Assembly: GCA_031392125.1 (NCBI GenBank) | Contig: JANMUX010000043.1 | Coordinates: 1 to 52,155, forward strand | Reading direction: 5' to 3' | Source: Acidobacteriota bacterium | GTDB taxonomy: Bacteria > Acidobacteriota > Vicinamibacteria > Vicinamibacterales > UBA2999 | Length of the DNA: 52,155 nucleotides | Part shown: one piece after another, positions 50,779-52,155 of the stretch | How positions within the stretch are numbered: position 1 is the stretch's first letter | Layout of the letters: each line of letters starts with the position of its first letter | Notes under the pieces: generated by a model | What the model saw: only the letters and a program-made list of their open reading frames with translations | The model's database searches: none | What the model was told of the DNA's origin: nothing | Translations under genes and position numbers: made by a program

Positions 50779-51698
50779 ACCAGCATTTTGACGAGGAGCG
50801 CCTTCTGCGCGTGCAGGCGGTTTTCCGCCTGGTCGAAGACCACTGAGATCGGCGACTCAATCACTTCGTCGGTCACCTCGTCGCCGCGATGCGCGGGGAG
50901 ACAGTGCATGAAGAGTGCGCCCGGCTTGGCCAGCGCCATCAAGGCTTCGTTTACCTGGTAGCGCTGGAAGGTCCTCTTGCGGTCGACGTATTCGACCTCC
51001 TGGCCCATGGAGGTCCAGACGTCGGTGTAGACCGCGTCAACATCGCGCACCGCGGCCTTGGGATCGGTGAACTCGGTGAGGCCCGCCTTGTGTTGCGACA
51101 CCGCGGCTGCCTGATCGACCACCTCGTCGGGCAGTTCGTAGCCCTTCGGAGTTGCCACGTTGACGGCTATCCCCAGCATCATCGCGACGTGCACGAGCGA
51201 CGCGCACACGTTGTTGCCGTCGCCGACGAATGCAATGCGGCGGTTTTCGAACGAGCTCCACTTTTCCACCAGCGTCTGCATGTCGGCCAGTGCCTGGCAG
51301 GGGTGTTCTTCGTTACTGAGTGCGTTGATGACATGCAGCTTCGGCGTGATTTCGGCAATCTGCGAAAGCCGTTCCTGCGCGAACGTGCGGATCACGACGG
51401 CATCGACCCAGCGTTCCAGGTTGCGGGCCACGTCCTGAATCGGCTCGCGATCCGCGTGCATCACGTCGGCTGGAATCTCGACGATGTCACCGCCCAGTTC
51501 GCGAACGCCGATGGTGAAGGTGACGCGCGTCCGCAGCGAAGGCTTTTCGAACAGGAAGCCGACGTGCTTGCCGTTCAACGCTGCGGCGGTCGGCGCCTTC
51601 ATGCCCTTGACGCGCTCGCGCTTCAGCTTGGCCGCGAGCTCGAGAACATTGGCGAGCCGATCGGGATCGAGATCGAGAATCGAGAGGAAATTCTGCAA
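50775..51698 (-). CDS. argF: ornithine carbamoyltransferase
   Basis: 'FEKPSLRTRVTF' (S-x-R-T-R), 'HPCQALAD', 'HCLPAHRGDEV' (HCLP). 307 aa. Confidence 0.9.
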   Translation of the reverse strand: MQNFLSILDLDPDRLANVLELAAKLKRERVKGMKAPTAAALNGKHVGFLFEKPSLRTRVTFTIGVRELGGDIVEIPADVMHADREPIQDVARNLERWVDAVVIRTFAQERLSQIAEITPKLHVINALSNEEHPCQALADMQTLVEKWSSFENRRIAFVGDGNNVCASLVHVAMMLGIAVNVATPKGYELPDEVVDQAAAVSQHKAGLTEFTDPKAAVRDVDAVYTDVWTSMGQEVEYVDRKRTFQRYQVNEALMALAKPGALFMHCLPAHRGDEVTDEVIESPISVVFDQAENRLHAQKALLVKMLV

Positions 51699-51700
51699 AG

Positions 51701-52155
51701 TTAAGTCCGATACTCGGCGTTGATCTTGACGTATTCAGCCGACAGGTCGCAGGTCCAGACGGTTGCCGAATGGCGACCGCCCGTGCCCAGGTCAACCACG
51801 ATCGCCAGGTCCTTGCCGGTGAGGTAATCGGCCGCCTGGGGCGCCAGTTCGTCGAATGGCCTGCCGTTCTCGAACAACACCAGCGATCCAATCTGCACCC
51901 GGGCGCCCTCGAGCACGAACGCGGCGCCAGAGCGTCCGGCGGCAGCGACCAGGCGTCCCCAGTTCGGGTCGCCGCCGTGGATGGCGGTCTTGACCAGCGG
52001 CGAGTTGGCAATCGCGCGCGCGCGGCCATCCAGCCATCGGCGTCGGTGGCGGCACCAGAGACGGTGATCGACACCAGCTTGGTGGCGCCTTCGCCACCCC
52101 TGACAATGCCGAGCGCGAGTTCGTGGGCCACCGTCCGAAACGCCTCGAATAGCAC
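51701..52155 (-). pseudogene. argJ: bifunctional ornithine acetyltransferase/N-acetylglutamate synthase, 3' part, with an apparent frameshift; continues beyond the window
   Basis: The upstream frame reads 'ELALGIVRGGEGATKLVSITVSGAATDADGWMAARA'. The downstream frame reads 'RAIANSPLVKTAIHGGDPNWGRLVAAAGRSGAAFVLEGARVQIGS...WTCDLSAEYVKINAEYRT*'. The two ArgJ-like frames meet in a (CG)6 run at 52013-52024. Confidence 0.7.

Noticed and set aside
51487-52155. 222-aa ORF treated as one gene
   Set aside because: Only its upstream third is ArgJ-like. After the (CG)6 run it is out-of-frame read-through running into argF. I interpret it as the 5' frame of a frameshifted argJ.

Overview
52.2-kb, gene-dense bacterial chromosomal segment with high GC (about two thirds G+C in the lines I counted by hand). 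I support about 45 CDS and saw no rRNA, tRNA or CRISPR array. The lineage looks like a soil Acidobacteriota-type organism, but that is only an inference from the gene content: many signal-peptide hydrolases and peptidases, TolB-propeller amidohydrolases, DUF5916 and M14/M24/M56 peptidases.

Housekeeping genes I recognise are pntAB, fhs, argF, argJ (apparently frameshifted and cut by the window edge) and pxpA.

Six things deserve a second look:
1. A co-directional operon (13.1-17.7 kb) encoding a POTRA-less Omp85 barrel, two signal-peptide proteins with protein/lipid-kinase-like catalytic motifs, and a PAP2 phosphatase.
2. A glycosylation locus (25.9-30.3 kb) with an MsbA/PglK-like ABC exporter, a WecA/ALG7-type GlcNAc-1-P transferase, a strikingly eukaryote-like ALG1 (GT33) homologue and an ALG11-like C-terminal gene fragment.
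3. A RAYT-type Y1 transposase bracketed by perfect 27-bp inverted hairpin repeats, next to a 15-bp tandem array.
4. A family of GGTGCC-based 9-bp repeats sitting in frame inside two unrelated genes. One copy forms a ~106-bp palindromic array inside a BlaR1-like gene.
5. A lower-GC islet carrying an orphan DGQHR (DndB/ParB-like) gene with a near-consensus promoter.
6. A DGPF/YCII plus ECF42-like sigma pair with a candidate cognate promoter and a heptamer-repeat leader.

Many long ORFs in the six-frame track are off-frame shadows typical of high-GC DNA, and I rejected them. All family assignments rest on motifs read by eye and recalled family signatures. No database search was run.
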